NCBI RefSeq assembly: GCF_009914755.1
Contig: NC_060926.1
From: the human T2T-CHM13v2.0 reference genome, Homo sapiens
Direction: 5' to 3' (one strand)
DNA length: 64,000 bases
Part shown: piece after piece, positions 62,201 to 64,000 of the stretch
How positions within the stretch are numbered: position 1 is the first letter of the stretch
Layout of the letters: each line of letters begins with the position of its first letter
Translations under genes and position numbers: made by a program
The notes under the pieces: generated by a model
Told to the model about the DNA's origin: nothing
Database searches by the model: none
The model's input: the letters and a program-made list of their open reading frames with translations, nothing else

Positions 62201-64000
62201 TGCCTACCACACCTGGTGCAGGGAGGCACTGCAGAGACTGCCAGAGGCCACCATCATGATACACTCATCTCTATGTTGTACCACACTTATTCCCAACTTT
62301 AAAAGTTTTTGTAATCAACATTTGATCCCCTTCTGTGCATAGAGTCCTATGGTTAGTGTGGGGGGCGGGGAACAAGGGAACACAAGGATGACCCGGGATA
62401 GACACAAAGACAATCCACTTTGGCCCTGGCGGGTTTAAAATGCGTGGTCTTGCCTGTCCTCAAACACACGTGAAGTAGCCTGTGCTGCAGCTCAGTGTGA
62501 ATGGCTCATAACAGGGCAGGGGAATGAGGCTAAGTCCTGTGGCCAAGACAAGCTTGGTCTCAACTACCTACTCCCTGCTCCAGCACACACTGGTAGGGGC
62601 CCAGTGTGACTGCCATGGCCCCCAGCAGACAAAGGCCACATCAGAGGAACAGCAGGACCCTCTTCTCAGCCCTGTATAGCCTCATTTGTTCCTTCCCCAC
62701 GGCAGCAGCCTTTCTCTGGATACCATACTCAACACGTTCAGCCCCGGGCCTCTCTGTGGGGCATCAGTGCCACATGGGAGCACTAGAGGGCGCCGCTGTT
62801 CTTCCTAGTGAGGAACATCCCACAATCTGCAATGGTAGCCCCAAGGCAGAGGCCCCCATTCTCTGGACCTGGGGACAGGCTCCCCAGGCCCCAGCTGGAG
62901 ATCCTGCAGCTACATTCAGTCACTCCAGTTCTGGGTCTAACCCACAGCTTCCTGCCATGAGGCAGCCCACCTCTCCTTCTCTCCTCAGAGGCCCTAAGCA
63001 AGCCCTCTGGGGAAGCGCCAACAGTCCTTTCTTCCAGGCCAGCCTTCCCCTCCCTGCAAGGCACACAAGGCCAGGATGCTGCTGATTGAGCTCAAAGGCC
63101 AGGTGTCACATCTGTCCAGGCCAGGCCATCTTACCCAAAGCACAGCCCCTCCCACCCCATCTGCATGCACGGCCACAGAGCCTGGCCCTGCAGCCGCCAC
63201 CTGCAAATAGGCCCCATCTTGGGAGGGATGCTGAGTGCCCTCCATCCTGCTAAAGACAAGGCTCAGAATTCAAGTGACAGCAGGACAGAAACCTCAGCTT
63301 CCTTATGGCCATCAGTGACCCAAATCCTCCAGATTCCAAGAGGCCATTAGGAGATATGGGGAAGCAGGAGAAAGAGGATGGAGACTGTAAGTGCCCCAGG
63401 CCAGTGACAACCCCACAGACTCACAGCCTGTGGGAGTCCAAGCCCAAAGCCTGGGCAGGACTCACCTACAAATGGCCCCAGCATTCACCTTGCCCCAGAA
63501 AAGGCCCAGAGACACCGTACGCACAACCACACTGAGCCTGTGCTCTGTGCCCCTTTCAATCCAGGCCCTCAGCTCCTCCCAGCAAATGCCCTGTCCAGAT
63601 CTCCTGCTACCTCCCTCTACCCTACCACCTCCAAATACCTCTGGCTGGCTGTCACAGGGACACCAGGCTCAGCCTGGCATCTGGGAAAGGCCTGTCCCCT
63701 TCTTCCCAATCTTCCCCTAGGCCGCAGATGGCCAGCAGCTCACCTGAGCTCTGGTGAGTAGGGGCGGGGCAGTAGGGACAGGAGCTGCCATACCAAGCAA
63801 GGGAGGCAAGGGGTGGCATGCCCCTGAAACTGATCCACCCCCCCATACCCCTATCTATGAGGGTCTAACAGGGATTGTCAGCTGACCATGGCCCAAACCT
63901 AGAAAGGCCTGCATGTCTCTCTCCACTCCTCTCAACAGACTCAGAGTGCCACAGGGAAACAAAAAGCCAGGACTACAAGATTCCTCTCCCCTCTGGGCAA

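Overview
Primate, most likely human, genomic DNA carrying two tandem minus-strand genes; from recall this is the 2p13 SFXN5/RAB11FIP5 locus. About 1-48.8 kb holds the 5' part of SFXN5 (sideroflexin-5): a CpG-island promoter and coding exons 1-4 (48578-48679, 35502-35570, 17798-17875, 127-153). These splice in frame through GT-AG sites into [92 protein letters not shown]. About 50.35-64 kb holds the 3' part of RAB11FIP5 (Rip11): a 2013-nt frame-symmetric cassette exon, the penultimate exon, the last exon with the Rab11-binding domain, a ~2.1-kb 3'UTR and the poly(A) signal. The SFXN5 introns are dense in Alu, L1, L2, MIR, MaLR and DNA-transposon relics, and most ORF-track entries are Alu or GC-rich shadow ORFs. 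I see no prokaryotic-type system. The most unusual observations are four. (1) A diverged duplicate of the RAB11FIP5 terminal 3' splice site plus first codons lies inside its own 3'UTR and could give an isoform lacking the Rab11-binding domain. (2) An inverted, templated copy of an Alu arm with its unique flank lies 12.7 kb from its source, and the two copies bracket SFXN5 exon 2. (3) The gene geometry allows an in-frame RAB11FIP5-SFXN5 read-through chimera. (4) The giant cassette exon is rich in short motifs (3x NPF, FPPPP, poly-Gly STR). Repeat subfamily names come from recalled consensus sequences and repeat boundaries are approximate.
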